Shown one piece after another: positions 63,797 to 64,000 of a DNA stretch of 64,000 nt (the first letter of the stretch is position 1; each line of letters starts with the position of its first letter). The stretch lies in assembly GCA_963751275.1 (NCBI GenBank), contig CAVVTZ010000009.1, positions 480,001-544,000 on the forward strand, in the 5' to 3' direction. Below the pieces are notes generated by a model. That model searched no databases. It worked only from the letters and a program-made list of their open reading frames with translations, and was not told the origin of the DNA. Made by a program: the position numbers and the translations under genes. This stretch comes from an uncultured Gemmatimonadaceae bacterium (lineage in GTDB: Bacteria > Gemmatimonadota > Gemmatimonadetes > Gemmatimonadales > Gemmatimonadaceae).

Positions 63797-63825
63797 TTGA
63801 CACACCCCGCACCCGTTCCTATACT
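63797..63825 (+). promoter_or_regulatory. Near-consensus sigma70 promoter for a transcript leaving the window
   Basis: TTGACA-N17-TATACT. Confidence 0.7.
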
Positions 63826-64000
63826 CGGAAGACAAGGCAGTAGGTCCGAACGGTTTGGCAGCCCGGGTCCACGGATTCCGGCGGCCAACTGGTGGGCCTG
63901 TTGCTCATCCTCGTATTTCTGCTTTCGGACTCAACCAGGGAGGTGCCCCGGAAGTCGCGAGCCCGGTCAGTTGGCTGCGACGCGAGTGCGCGCAGCTTGG

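Overview
GC-rich bacterial chromosomal segment. The gene content and protein style suggest Gemmatimonadota, which is an inference. It is mostly housekeeping and envelope genes: tyrS, PBP1A, ilvE, ntrY/ntrX-like pair, kbl-tdh, mutM, thiE, aroH, mltG, ruvX, rho, six tRNAs, a sigma-70, mlaEFD, atpAGDC, waaA and dsbA. Many genes, including essential ones, carry 1-bp indels, densest at about 28.6-36.9 kb. These look like long-read errors rather than pseudogenes. No CRISPR array, transposase or prophage was seen. The most interesting items are: (1) a CRISPR-less Cas4-like Fe-S nuclease apparently split into two membrane-anchored halves, inside a coupled porX(REC-PglZ)-msbA-lpxL operon that diverges from a C-terminal-only DnaB paralog; (2) two tandem TldD/TldE pairs whose TldD subunits carry Tat signals, converging on a small ORF; (3) a four-domain multicopper oxidase with its ligand order swapped; (4) several families of palindromic and short-period intergenic repeats; (5) widespread leaderless promoter architecture; (6) aroH lying antisense within a minus-strand gene run.
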